Shown here piece after piece: positions 12,353 to 24,978 of a stretch of DNA of 64,000 nt (within the stretch, counting starts at the first letter, position 1; the number at the start of each line of letters is the position of its first letter). A program made the position numbers and the translations under genes. This DNA comes from Mustelus asterias. Taxonomy: Eukaryota. The DNA is taken from positions 16,120,001-16,184,000 of the forward strand of contig NC_135801.1 in NCBI RefSeq assembly GCF_964213995.1, read 5' to 3'. The notes below the pieces were generated by a model. It was not told where the DNA came from. It ran no database searches and saw only the letters and a program-made list of their open reading frames with translations.

Positions 12353-12733
12353 TATAGTCACCAGGCAGTCTCAATCGATTCAAACTGTTGTGATACATCA
12401 CCAGGCAGTCTCAATCGATTCAAACTGTTGTGATACATCACCAGACAGTCTCAGTATATACAGACTATAATGGTAAGTCAATGGGCAAGCTCAGTAGATA
12501 CAGACTGCAACAGTATGTCATGGGGCAGTTTTGGCATATTTTGACTATAGCTGTACCACCAGGCAATCTGACTAGATACCGGCTGTAACGGGAAGTCAAT
12601 GGGCAGTCTCAGCAGATGCTGACTAACGGTAGTCACAAGACAGTTACGGGGCAGTTTCAAGCATATTTCGACTGTAGCCGTGTCACCAGGAAGTCTCATT
12701 AGATACTGACTGTAGTGGCAAGTCAATGGGCAG
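12353..12733 (-). repeat. ~40-bp degenerate tandem repeat spanning the HELQ stop codon and 3' UTR
   Basis: About 10 units starting ctgcccattgac / ctgcctggtga / ctgcccc; exact 40-bp duplication at 12358-12444. Confidence 0.85.
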
Positions 12734-12790
12734 TTGCAAAAGCTCTTCAACTTCTTCTTGCAAAGCTTCAGCTTTTTCATTTAGCAGCAT
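12683..12790 (-). CDS. HELQ: HELQ exon 18 (last coding exon)
   Basis: MLLNEKAEALQEEVEELLQLPIDLPLQSVSNETSW*; tttacag acceptor. Confidence 0.94.
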   Translation of the reverse strand: MLLNEKAEALQEEVEELLQLPIDLPLQSVSNETSW

Positions 12791-13350
12791 CTGTAAACAG
12801 ATAACCATGAAAAAAAAATTGAAATAAAAACAGAAAAATCTGGAAATATAAAAGGTCAGAAGAGACAAAACAGGTTTTGATGTTTTTGATGCAAAAAATG
12901 AGAAAGTAATAAACCAACAAACTAATACAAGACCGAGACTTAATAATACAATAACAGGCAATCCCTTTACAACAAGAGAGTCCATTGTAAGTTATCTTGC
13001 AATATTGCGGGACTTCACCTTCCAGGGCTTTTGCCTTCAGGGTTACGCCTTCTGGGAATACAACTAGTTCATCCAAACACTTCCCAAGGTTCCACCCCGC
13101 TGGGCGAGATCTTCCTGGGTTACGCTACTGGGGTTACACCTTCTGGAGTTGGTATGTACCTTTCATCGTGTTATTCTACCAACAAGGTTAACTTCAACCC
13201 TCTGTAGGTACTTTGGTGTTTGTTTTTACAATATACACAGTGTTGCAAGTGCTGGTACCTGAATATTTCTCAACAGTACTTACGCAAGTGCAGGGTTTGT
13301 TCATTGATTTAGTTTTACAATGTTTTTCCCTTTTAATCAAGCTACAATCA

Positions 13351-13730
13351 ACCAGCCTCCCATCCATTGACACTGTCTACACTTCCCGCTGCCTCGGAAA
13401 AGCAGCCAGCATAATTAAAGACCCCACGCACCCCGGACATTCTCTCTTCCACCTTCTTCCTTCGGGAAAAAGATACAAAAGTCTGAGGTCATGTACCAAC
13501 CGACTCAAGAACAGCTTCTTCCCTGCTGCTGTCAGACTTTTGAATGGACTTACCTTGCATTAAGTTGATCTTTCTTTACACCCTAGCTATGACTGTAACA
13601 CTACATTCTGCACTCTCTCATTTCCTTCTCTATGAACGGTATGTTTTGTCTGTATAGCGCACAAGAAACAATACTTTTCACTGTATGTTAATACTTGGGA
13701 CAATAATAAATCAAATCAAATCAAATCAAT
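13351..13730 (+). mobile_element. Rex1/Babar-like LINE 3' end
   Basis: CLGKAASIIKDPTHPGHSLFHLLPSGKRYKSLRSCTNRLKNSFFPAAVRLLN; (aaatc)n tail. Confidence 0.85.
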
Positions 13731-13884
13731 CAAAAATGGAATAAATACAATTGGAAATACATCTAAAACAGGTTCAGCTTATTTTGGAATCCAATAAATA
13801 CAGTTTCTGAGTTATTCACCTCTATGTATGTACAAATGTGCAAACTGTAACATGCACCAGCTCATTTATAGTACAGATACAGAG

Positions 13885-14112
13885 ATCATTTTAGCTCAGT
13901 TGGTTGGATGGCTGGTTTATGATGCAGAGCGATGCCAACAGCGTGGGTTCAATTCCCATAATGGTTGAGATTATTCATGAAGGCCCCACATTCCCAACCA
14001 TGGCCTTTCGCCTGAGATGTGGTGATCGTCAGGTTAAATCACCACCAATGAGCTCTCCCTCTCAAAGGGGTTGAACAACCTGTGGTCATCTTGGATGATG
14101 GCGATTTTACTG
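13885..14112 (+). mobile_element. tRNA-derived SINE, third family
   Basis: A-box tagctcagttgg, B-box gggttcaattccc, non-tRNA body. Confidence 0.6.
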
Positions 14113-15389
14113 AGTACAGATATGGAATCATTATTCTCTCTCCATCTGCAGTCAAAATTATTCCCAAGCTTCTATAAACTGAGGGTAATTCTCCCTGACA
14201 GTGGGTATATTCAGTTTCTCTCATGCTGGGAGGACTTTATCATACTGGACTTTTAGCTATTGAATATACACCTGCAGCCATCTTTATTCTGCGGTAACCA
14301 AATCTCACTCTGATTTGGTTTCTCCATCTTCACTGAAGTTCAGAAAATAGGTGACTCAGCAATGTGTCAGATATCAGCAACCAGGTACAATTATCAGTTG
14401 ACTCTATCCCAGAGAACCGTGTGCATCATAAAGTCACGTGAAGCTAATCTATTTAGCAGCATGAGGACAACACCATGATGTTTTAGATTTGAGATGGAAC
14501 TTTGAGATAGTATGTCCAAATCCATTATAATCTTACATCAATAACAGGGCCTGGGCATTAATGTGAAAGTGCTCATGGTGCCTTTGTTTGCATGTGACAC
14601 AAACACATAAGCGTGGGAGTGCTGGGCCCACGAGTCGATCAGCTTCGAACAAGAGGTGTGCAATTAAAGGGAAAACTTACATTTCATAGAATCATAACAG
14701 TGCGGAAGGAGGCCATTTGGACTATCGAGTCTGCACCGACTCTCCGACAGAGGATCTTACCCAGGCCCTATCCCCTTAACCCCACATATTTACCCCGCTA
14801 ATGCCCCTAATCTACACATCTTGAGACACTTTTCACCAGAACATCCCAAAGACATCACAAAACACTTCACAGCCAATTAATCACAATAGTGACTTCACTT
14901 TATGTAGGAGCTATGGGGAAGCAGTGGCCTCGACTGGGCTGGCAATCCAAGGACAGGGGTTTAAATCCCACCCCAGAAGCTGGTGGAATTTAAATTCAAC
15001 TAATTAATCAGAAATCTGGAATTGAAAGCTAGTCGCAGTATTTGTGACCATCAATTATTATCCTTTAGGGAAGGGGATCTGCCATCCTTACGTGGTCTTG
15101 CCCATGTGTGACTCCAGGTTCTCAATAAACTGGTTGACTTTTAACTGCGCTCTGAAATGGCCCAGTGAGCCACTCAGTTAGACCATAAGACATAGAAGCA
15201 GAATTAGGCCACTCGGCCCATTGGGTCTGCTCCGCCATTCAATCATGGCTGATATTTTTCTCATCCCCATTCTCCTGCCTTTTCCCCATAACCCCTGATC
15301 CTCTTATTAATCAAGAACCTATCTATCTCTGTCTTAAAGACACTCAATGACCTGGCCTTCACAGCCTTCTGCGGCAAAGAGTTCCACCC

Positions 15390-15502
15390 CAGGTGAGTGG
15401 TGAGTCCCATTCATCTGATAAAGGAGCAGTGCTCCGAAAGCTCGTGATTCTAAATAAACCTGTTGGACTTTAACCTGGTGAGACTTCTTACTGTGCCCAC
15501 TC
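15390..15502 (+). mobile_element. Penelope-like remnant, family A
   Basis: ctgataaaggagcagtgctccgaaagctcgtg...aataaacctgttggactttaacctggtg. Confidence 0.7.
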
Positions 15503-15632
15503 CTTCATGGCAACAGTGCTGGTTGGCTTCATTCCACACACAAATCTGCTTTGGAAAGAAACCAAATGACTTGACTGATCCTAATATCAATATAATCCAA
15601 ATGATGACGTGAAGCCAGAAAATGGTGCTTAC

Positions 15633-15767
15633 TTTAGCGGAGGAAACAATCTGTTTTGCTTGGCGTTTGGACATATGTTTAATTGTCTGCACCAACACTT
15701 CAGGGCTTGCATTAGCCAGATAAGACAAAGACTTATAACCAGCTTTGTACAACTGCCGGGCGCGAGC
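15633..15767 (-). CDS. HELQ: HELQ exon 17
   Basis: [45 protein letters not shown]; 135 nt. Confidence 0.96.
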
Positions 15768-16282
15768 CTGCAAATCAAACCAGTGAAATAATTACGCACA
15801 GCATTAACTATCACGAACACACTTTCTGACAATTAATCAGATTTTTTGGAGTTCATAAAAGATGTTGACTTTGGAGGAGGTGTGATTGGATAATTTAAAA
15901 AAAATCATGGGTTGGAAAACAATGTGGAGAGGAAAAAAACAAGTTAATGTTTCAGGTACAACCCTGTTGATGCTTGACAAGGTTACCAGTGTGCTGGAAT
16001 ATAGTCATTTGAGAAAAATGTTAGTTTGTTTACCCTCCACTTAGACAGTGCTGTTAGCCAGCACATCGAGCCTCTGGCCATGCACATAGACAGTGCGTTA
16101 ACACCTTTGGAAACACTGGCTAACAGTGATGAGTTACCTACTGAGTAATTTTACTCTCTCCTTCAAGCCACCTATCCAATTTTCACTTGATAAAGCAGTT
16201 TAAACCCAATGTCTCCAAGCTTTTTATTTTCCTTTATGTCAAAACACAAATACCATATCAACGAACATCCCAGATACTTCGT

Positions 16283-16553
16283 TTAAAGTTTATTTATTAG
16301 TGTCACAAGTAAGCTTATATTAACACTGCAATGAAGTTATGTGAAAATCCCCTAGTCGAGCACACTGAGGGAGAATTTAGCATGGCCAATGCACCTAACC
16401 AGCACATCTTTTGGAGAAAACTGGAGAATGCAGAGAAAACCCAAGCAGACACGGGGAGAATGTGCAGACTCTGCACAGACAGTGACTCAACCCTGAAATC
16501 GAACCCGGGTCCCAGGCGCTGTGAGACAGCGGTGCTAACCACTGTGCCACCAT
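16283..16553 (-). mobile_element. V-SINE, type-B tail
   Basis: Head, V-domain and ...gtaacttcattgcagtgttaat...aataaataaacttt-type tail. Confidence 0.9.
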
Positions 16554-16646
16554 GCTACCTGCCTACTTATTTTGCTGAGCAAACTACATCCTGGCCTCAT
16601 AACTAAATCCCGCATTTGATAAAAATGTTAATGCAGATTTACAGAC

Positions 16647-16760
16647 CTCCAGGACGCCCGATACTTCCATAAGAGAGACAAGTTCTGGTTTCACACAGTA
16701 TGACAGTTTATGAGTGAGGTCTTGAAAGAGAGCCTGATATGCCCAGAACTCCTCTAATTC
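16647..16760 (-). CDS. HELQ: HELQ exon 16
   Basis: [38 protein letters not shown]; 114 nt. Confidence 0.96.
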
Positions 16761-16889
16761 CTGTAGGCAATAAAACAAAATTGAAATCAAACTTAAGTTA
16801 AACAAGAAACACTTTGGGCGAAATTGTAAAAGATTTTCAATTACAGAACGAAGTAGATTGTAAATATTAATTGAAGGCTTTACAAATAC

Positions 16890-17063
16890 CTCACAGAAAT
16901 GCAGCACACTAGAGGAGAAAGCTGCCGCTGAATTCAGCAGATTTTGCATAAAGCCACGAGACATGTTGAACTTCTGCGCTACCGCCCATGTGTTCATTTC
17001 TTTGAAAAGGGAGTACAGCACCAATGATAGGTAGAACCGGGCTACAACAAACCCATCAACAGT
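16890..17063 (-). CDS. HELQ: HELQ exon 15
   Basis: [43 protein letters not shown]...VLHFCE; 174 nt. Confidence 0.95.
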
Positions 17064-17082
17064 CTACAGGAAGAAAATTACA

Positions 17083-18082
17083 GTAGGGTCGGTGCTGGGA
17101 CGACAACTTTTCACAATATACATTAACGATTTGGAAGAAGGAACTGAAGGCACTGCTGCTAAGTTTGCAGATGATACAAAGATATGTAGAGGGACAGGTA
17201 GTATTGAGGAAGCAGGGGGACTGCAGAAGGACTTGGACAGGCTAGGAGAGTGGGCAAAGAAGTGGCAGATGGAATTCAATGTGGAAAAGTGTGAGGTTAT
17301 GCACTTTGGAAGGAGGAACAGAGGCATAGACTATTTTCTAAATGGGGAAATGCTTAGGAAATCAGAAACACAAAGGGACTTGGGAGACTTTGTTCAAGAT
17401 TCTCTTAAGGTTAACATGCAGATTCAGTCGGCAGTTAGGAAGGCAAATGCAATGTTGGCATTCATGTCGAGAGGGCTAGAATACAAGAGCAGGGATGTAC
17501 TTCTGAGGCTGCATAAGGCTCTGGTCAGACCCCATTTGGAGTATTGAGAGCAGTTTTGGGCCCCGTATCTAAGGAAGGATGTGCTGGCCTTGGAAAGGGT
17601 CCAGAGGAGGTTCACAAGAATGATCTCTGGAATGAAGAGCTTGTCATATGAGGAACATTTGAGGACTCTGGGTCTGTACTCGTTGGAGTTTAAAAGGATG
17701 AGGGGTGATCTTATTGAAACTTACAGGATACTACGAGGCCTGGATAGAGTGGACGTGGAGAGGATGTTTCCACCAGTAGGAAAAACTAGAACCAGAGGGC
17801 ACAACCCCAGACTAAAGGGACGATCCTTTAAAATAGAGATGAGGAGGAATTTCTTCAGCCAGAGAGTGCTGAATCTGTGGAACTCTTTGCCACAAAAGGC
17901 TGTGGAGGCCAGATCATTGAGTGTCTTTAAGACAGAGATAGATAGGTTCTTGATTAATAAGGGGATCAGGGGTTATGGGGAAAAGGCAGGAGCATAGGGA
18001 TGAGAAAAATATCAGCCACTGACTGGCAGAGCAGGCTTGATGGGCCGAGTGGCTTAATTCTGCTCCTATATCTTATGGTCTT
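17083..18082 (+). mobile_element. CR1-clade LINE 3' fragment
   Basis: RT C-half (FADDTK...RPHLEY, stop, [11 protein letters not shown]...) plus 3' UTR tail. Confidence 0.95.
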
Positions 18083-18319
18083 ATACTTACAACCAATGCA
18101 ACTATTTGTACTCCTCGGTAATAATGATCCAGTGATATAAAACAGAATATGCTGGAAAATCTCAGCAAGTCTGACAGCATCTGTGGTGTTCCAGTGATGG
18201 TCTGTAGAGATGCTATCCTGCTCCTGAATGGGATCTGTCGGCAACTATAAACCCCACTTCTCTGAAACAAGTTTATTTATATATATGGACAGTCACAAGG
18301 TTAAAAGAGACAACAGCAC

Positions 18320-18830
18320 CTTGTATTTACATTGTGCCTTCAACATAATAAAATGCCCCAAGGCGTTTCACAAAGGCATCATAAAACAAGGATGACTTGG
18401 AACCACACAAGCAGAAATTAGGGCAGATGACCGAAAGTTGATCAAAATGCTAGCTGTGTCTTGAAAGAGGAAAGTGTGGCACAGAAGCAAAGAGATTTAG
18501 GGAATGAGTTTCAGAGCGTTACTTAACAGGGAACCAGTGTAGGTCAGCAAGCACAGGACTGATGGCTGAATAGAATTTGGTCAGAGTTACGACACATGCA
18601 GCAGAGCTTTGGATGAGCTCAGGTTTACTGAGTGTGGAATGTGGGAAGCTGGTCAGGAATGCATTAGAATAATGAAGTCTGGAGGTAACAGAGGCATGAG
18701 TGAGAGTTAAAGCAGCAAATGAGCTCAGTCAGCGGCATATCATGTGATTTATGGAGGTGGAAGTAGGTGGTCTTAGTGACAGTGTGAATGTATGGTTCAA
18801 CGCTTATCTTGAGGTCAAATATGATATAAT
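18320..18830 (-). mobile_element. Old L2-like LINE 3' fragment, interrupted by the CR1 (continues ~20845-20890)
   Basis: Residual frame IHTVTKTTYFHLH typical of L2 ORF2; sequence resumes after the CR1 tail. Confidence 0.6.
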
Positions 18831-18839
18831 ATGATATAT

Positions 18840-20844
18840 TAAAATAAAAACAGCTGCGTACAGAGTGGCCAAAAATAGTGGAGAAACAAGTGATTGGGAA
18901 AAATTTAAGAAACAACAAAGAGAGACTAAGAAAGCGATAAAGAAAGGAAGGATAGACTATGAAGCTAGGCTAGCAATTAATATAAAAAATTATAGTAAAA
19001 GTTTTTATAAATATATAAAAAGGAATAGAGTGGCTAGAGTGAATGTTGGACCCTTGGAGGACGAGAGGGGGGAGTTAATAGTGGGAAATGAGGATATGGC
19101 TGAGTCTTTAAATAAGTTTTTTGTGTCGGTCTTCACGGTGGAGGACACAAATAGTTTGCCAAATATTAACGATAGAGGGTTGGCAGCAGGAGAAATACTT
19201 AATACAATTAATGTTACCAGAGAGGCAGTGCTGGGTAGATTAATGGGACTGAAGGTGGACAAGTCCCCGGGTCCGGATGGAATGCATCCCAGGGTATTGA
19301 AAGAAATGTCAGAGGTAATAGTGGATGCGTTAGTGATTATTTATCAAAACTCGTTGCATTCTGGGGTAGTGCCGGTTGATTGGAAAACGGCTAATGTTAC
19401 GCCGCTGTTTAAAAAAGGAAGGAGACAAAAGGCGGGTAACTATAGGCCGGTCAGCTTAACATCTGTAGTAGGGAAAATGCTGGAATCCATTATTAAAGAG
19501 GAGATAGCAGGGCATCTGGATAGAAATGGTTCGATCAATCAGACGCAGCATGGATTCATGAGGGGAAAGTCGTGCTTGACGAACATGTTGGATTTTTATG
19601 AAGATGTGACTAGGGCGGTTGATGGAGGAGAACCGGTGGATACGGTGTTTTTGGATTTCCAAAAGGCGTTTGATAAGGTGCCCCATAAAAGGCTGCTGAA
19701 GAAGATTAGGGCACACGGAGTTGGGGGTAGTGTGTTAAAGTGGATTGGGGACTGGCTATCCGACAGGAAGCAAAGAGTCGGAATAAATGGGTGTTTTTCC
19801 GGTTGGAGGAAGGTAACTAGTGGCGTGCCGCAGGGATCGGTACTCGGGCCGCAACTGTTTACCATTTATATAGATGATCTGGAGGAGGGGACGGAGTGTA
19901 GGGTAACGAAGTTTGCAGACGACACAAAGATAAGTGGAAAAGTGAATCGTGTGGAGGACGGAGAAGATCTGCAGAGAGATTTGGACAGGCTGAGTGAGTG
20001 GGCGAGGATATGGCAAATGGAGTATAACGTTGATAAATGCGAGGTTATACACTTTGGAGGAAATAATAACAAATGGGATTACTATCTCAATGGAAACAAA
20101 TTAAAACATGCTACCGTGCAAAGGGACCTGGGGGTCCTTGTGCATGAGACGCAAAAGCCCAGTCTGCAGGTACAACAGGTGATCAAGAAGGCAAATGGGA
20201 TGTTGGCCTATATCGCGAGGGGGATAGAATATAAAAGCAGGGATGTCTTGATGCACCTGTACAGGGCATTGGTGAGGCCGCAGCTGGAATACTGTGTGCA
20301 GTATTGGTCCCCTTATATGAGGAAGGATATATTGGCATTGGAGGGAGTGCAGAGAAGGTTCACCAGGTTGATACCGGAGATGAGGGGTTTGGATTATGAG
20401 GAGAGGCTGAGGAGATTGGGTTTGTACTCGTTGGAGTTTAGAAGGATGAGGGGGGATCTTATGGAGACTTATAAGATAATGCGGGGGCTGGATAGGGTGG
20501 AGGCGGAGAGATTCTTTCCACTTAGTAAGGAAGTTAAAACTGGAGGACACAGCCTCAAAATAAAGGGGGGTCGGTTTAAGACAGAGTTGAGGAGGAACTT
20601 CTTCTCCCAGAGAGTGGTGAATCTCTGGAATTCTCTGCCCACTGAGGTGGTGGAGGCTACCTCGCTGAATATGTTTAAAGCGCGGATGGATGGATTCCTG
20701 ATCGGTAAGGGAGTTAAGGGTTATGGGGATCAGGCGGGTAAGTGGTACTGATCCACGTCAGATCAGCCATGATCTTATTGAATGGCGGGGCAGGCTCGAG
20801 GGGCGAGATGGCCTACTCCTGCTCCTATTTCTTATGTTCTTATG
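18840..20844 (+). mobile_element. CR1-clade LINE, 5'-truncated, uninterrupted 628-aa RT reading frame (18865-20751)
   Basis: KSPGPDG, NYRPVSLTS, QHGF, FLDFQKAFDKVPH, GVPQGSVLGP, FADD motifs; (ttcttatg)n tail; antisense within HELQ intron 14. Confidence 0.97.
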
Positions 20845-22001
20845 ATATCATGGTTGCAAAAGGCCTGGTTAAGCCTTAGGCAGTTGTCAGAGAGTGTTGG
20901 AGTCAATAATAAGTGAACAGCGATTGGTGTGGGGGAATAGGGGGAGGTGGGGGCTAGTGATTGGTTGGGGGGGGGTTGGGGGGGGGGGGGGGAGGTGGAG
21001 GCTAGTGATCTGGGGAGAGGGGAGGTGGGGTGGGGAGTGAGCGATCTCTCAGTGTCCTTGCACAGTACACTGAGAGATTGACGCATGCGAGCAGCCGAGA
21101 ACAGACTCTGTCCACTCTCCCCTACTGGCGTGAATCACACTTTGTCTCTTGTTTTGCACTAAAATGCCATAGGATTCCGCCAGAGAGCTTGCCAAAAAAA
21201 TGGATGCAATTCTCTCCCATTTTCATGCTCGCTTGGCACTTAGAATTTTTTTGTGAGATAGCACCCCCCAATCTTTTTTAATGCCCATATGTGTTTCTCT
21301 AGGATTACACAGAGCACTGTACTGGAGATCAATCTTCAATTCCTGGAGACTCTTGGCCAATGTTGGAGGATTGGCTATCCCAGCTGTAATGTCAGGAAAC
21401 ATGGTAGCCAATTTGTGCACAGCAAGTTCCTATGAACAACAATTAGATCAATGACCAGGAAATCTATTTCAGTGATGGTTGTTAAAGGCCAAACTGGGAG
21501 AAGTCCCCCCTTCCTTTTTGAATAGTGCTATCTGCTTGAGAGCAGACTGGGCCTTGGTTTAATATCTGAAAGACAACACTTCCTACAATGCAGCAATCCC
21601 TCAAATACACTGGAGTATTAGACTGTATGCTCAAGTCTCTGAATTGGGACTTGAAATAATAACATTCTAACACCAAGGTGAGAGAGCTTGAGCTAAGGTT
21701 GTTACCTTACAAGAACCTCACCGAGTGGTGATTTAATGGCTTGAAGGTGGAATCAAGACCAGAGCATCTGAAACAAGCATAAATGCCGGGAGAGTTTAAC
21801 TTTTCTGATGTTTCTTTCCTTGCTGTAAGAAGGCCCGGGAAAAATCTTCTTTAAAATTTTGGGAAATCAACTTTTGTAAGGAATTTACAAAGGATAAAGA
21901 CACTGTATCCCAAACTAGGGACAATTAGCCGTGCAAACACACCATCTGTCAATGCATTAATATATTTTAATACATTTTGAGAAAGCAGATTTTCCTCTTA
22001 C

Positions 22002-22100
22002 CTTCCTAACTGCTTGACCAGAGGCCTTCTTTGTAAGGAAGCTCTCAGGTACACCCACAATGGCAAAGACCTTCTGTTCAACTATATCCAACTGATGAAA
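22002..22100 (-). CDS. HELQ: HELQ exon 14
   Basis: FHQLDIVEQKVFAIVGVPESFLTRKASGQAVRK; 99 nt; ttctag acceptor, gtaaga donor. Confidence 0.94.
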
Positions 22101-22741
22101 CTAGAATTGGAATAAAACATTTATTGAAATCGTTCTTCAGCAAGATGCTGTAATATTGTCACAAGATTAAATACTTCCCTGCATTTCACCAGGGTTAAAG
22201 AGACAATAAAGGACCAATCTGAAGAACCGACAACAGCCTCTATAATTTGAACATGCAATGAATCCCTGAATAAAATTGTGAGTAAATACACAGACTATTG
22301 TGGGTGCAAGAGATCTGGTACAAAGGGAGTCAAGTGTCCGTATAATACTGCCAAGTATAACTTCTACCTAGAATGTTTAAAATTTTCCAATGACATTTTT
22401 ATGAGTTCAATCTTGTTTTTTTATATAATAGTTTTTGGGGATGCAGGACTCACTGGCAAGATCGGCACTTATTGCCCATTCTAGTTAGCCCTCGAGGTAG
22501 GACTTTTTCTATGAATTACTGAAATCTATTTGGCATTGCTACATGGAGTTAGGTCGGGAATTCTAGGAAATTAACCCAGCAATGATGAAGGAAGAGCGAT
22601 ATACATTTACATATACAGGATGGTGTGAAATAATAGAACGTTCATGAGAGAGGCATCATTGTGATATTCAATTTCATACTTTCAGTTCAGGACTTCGGAC
22701 ATTTGGAGATGGACATTATCTAAAGTTGAATTTGAGCAACT

Positions 22742-23076
22742 GTGGGCACAGTGTGGCACTGTGGGCACAGTGGTTGGCACTGCTGCCTCACAGCGCCAGG
22801 GACCCGGGTTTAATTCCTGCCTCGGGTGACTGTGTGGTGTTTGCACGTTTTCCCCATGTCTGCGTGGGCTTCCTGTGCGTGCTCCGGTTTCCTCCCACAG
22901 TCCAAAGATGTGCGAGTTAGGTAAATTGGCCATGCTTAATTGCCCTTTAGTGTCAGGGGGATTAGCAGGGTAAATATGTGGGGTTAAAGGGATAGAGCCT
23001 GGGTGGCATTGTTGTCGGTGCAGGCTCGATGGGCCGAATGGCCTCCTTCTGCACTGCAGGATTCTTTGATTCTATG
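22742..23076 (+). mobile_element. V-SINE, type-A (CR1-like) tail
   Basis: Tail ...gatgggccgaatggcctccttctgcactg...gattc. Confidence 0.9.
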
Positions 23077-24193
23077 TGCAGGTGCTGCCACTTCCTAGTT
23101 ACCTTAATAATTTAGTGTCATTATGCATATAGATATGCAGTGCTTCTGCGCTGTAGGGACTCTATGAGAGGTTAAGGCAGAAGTGTGTCATTTTTGAAAA
23201 TTAGATTGGATAGCTGGATGATGGGAAAAGGGGTTGAAGTTACATAGGCACAGGATTGGTAAATGTGATTTGTTCATGTGTTGAAGATAGATAGCTTGGG
23301 TCCAATGTTTCTGTGTTTATGCGAGAATCAAACATTTTTCTAAAAAAAAAACAAAATGGCACAAAATTCCTCCTCTCCCACCGGACATATCGCAAAGCTT
23401 TACAAAATTCGAACATCCAATGGTAACTTCTAACTCCTGTCAAACTAAGATATTATATACAGTAATGCTCAGTCAGAAACCTTTGGAAGTACCACAACAA
23501 TATGTTAATGTCTTTTTGAACCATGTTTATCCAAACTAATCTTCATGGGAATATGTACACACAAGCATTGAAAAATTATAAGGGGATCTGTTAGCTGTCA
23601 GAAGTGCTCTAGATTGTGGATTTCCTGAACTCTCTTGGATGGCAATACTGCAAGAAGTGATACTGTCAAATTGCGGTATTGTAGCACAGAAGAAAAACAG
23701 TTGTTCCTGTGTCAGCTACATAAGTTAGTTACTTAATCTGATCCCATTTCATTAGCTTCCTCTGTATCTTTAATGTTTTTCTTGGAGTATATCTCTAATC
23801 CTTTCTTAAATCCTATTGATTTGACACAGTAACCGCTTGCAGTGCAACATTTCATGTTCTAAAATTACTTTGCACGAACAAACTCAACCTTTATATTTCT
23901 TGTACTAATCCAAATATAAAACTCACTTGTTCCCAATTCACCAGTGAAAAGCATTCACTATTTATGTTCTCAAACTTTTCAAAATTTCTGTTAGATCCCT
24001 TTTAAGTTTCTCTGCTCCCAGAAAACACAGCTCTACTTTATCCAAGTCTCTGGTGGCTGGTATTTAACTAAAAGAACACACTGCCAATTTTGTCCTTATG
24101 AATACAAAAGTAAGTACTGAGGTGTGCGGGCTGACTCAGATGGGACGACTGTGCAACTGTGAATGGCTCAACAAATCCCCATCCATACCTTAC

Positions 24194-24351
24194 CTGCCTA
24201 AAATAGACCATCCAATCTGGAGTGCACTGGGAAACCATATCGTACGGTGTTACCAGGTAGATGAGGTGGAGATAGTTGCCAAGCACCAACCCCTCCAGGC
24301 TTTTCTTCAAGTCCGTGTTCAAAGTATCGCAGTAAACCAAGTCTATTGATC
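24194..24351 (-). CDS. HELQ: HELQ exon 13
   Basis: [38 protein letters not shown]...DWMVYFRQ; 158 nt. Confidence 0.96.
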
Positions 24352-24404
24352 CTGGAGGCAAAAACAATATATGAGAGAATCTGTCCAGCACAGAGAGACA
24401 ATCT

Positions 24405-24978
24405 CAATTAAACTTATAAAATACTTCAGAGGGCTTGACAGGGTAGATGCTGAGAGACTGTTTCCTCTGATTGGAGAGTGTAAAACTATGGGTCATAGTC
24501 TCAGGATGAGGAGTCGATCTTTTAGGACTGAGATGAGGAGAAATTGTTCACCTGGAGGTCTGTGAATCTTTGGCAATCTCTACCTAAAAAGGCTGTGAAT
24601 GCTCAGTGGATGAGTGTATTAAAGACTGAGAACAGCAGATTTTGAGAGACCAAAGGAATCTAAGGGATTGTAAGGGCTGCTGGGGGAAGTGGAATTGACA
24701 TCAAAGTTCAGACATGGGCTGGAACTTTCTGGCTGTTCGTGCTGGCAGGATCTTCTGGTCCCACCGCGTGTTTCCTGGCAGAGTGGGGTGCAGTCAATGC
24801 AAAATCTCATTGACACCGTTGGGACCAGAAGATCCTGCCACCGGCCACAGAGCACTGCCTCCCACTGCGAGAATGATGCCGCAGGGAGGCCAGCGAATCC
24901 TGCCCACATGCTTATTGAATGGCAAAGCAGGTTCAAGGGGCTGCATGGCCTACTACTGTTCTTATTTCTTATGATCTA
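24405..24978 (+). mobile_element. CR1 LINE 3' end interrupted by a MITE (24716-24905)
   Basis: RGLDRVDAERLFPL...FRTEMRRN; tail resumes after the MITE. Confidence 0.82.

Noticed and set aside
18865-20751. 628-aa ORF as a host or domesticated gene
   Set aside because: No ATG start (GTG), 5'-truncated, has a LINE tail and target duplication; an ordinary young CR1
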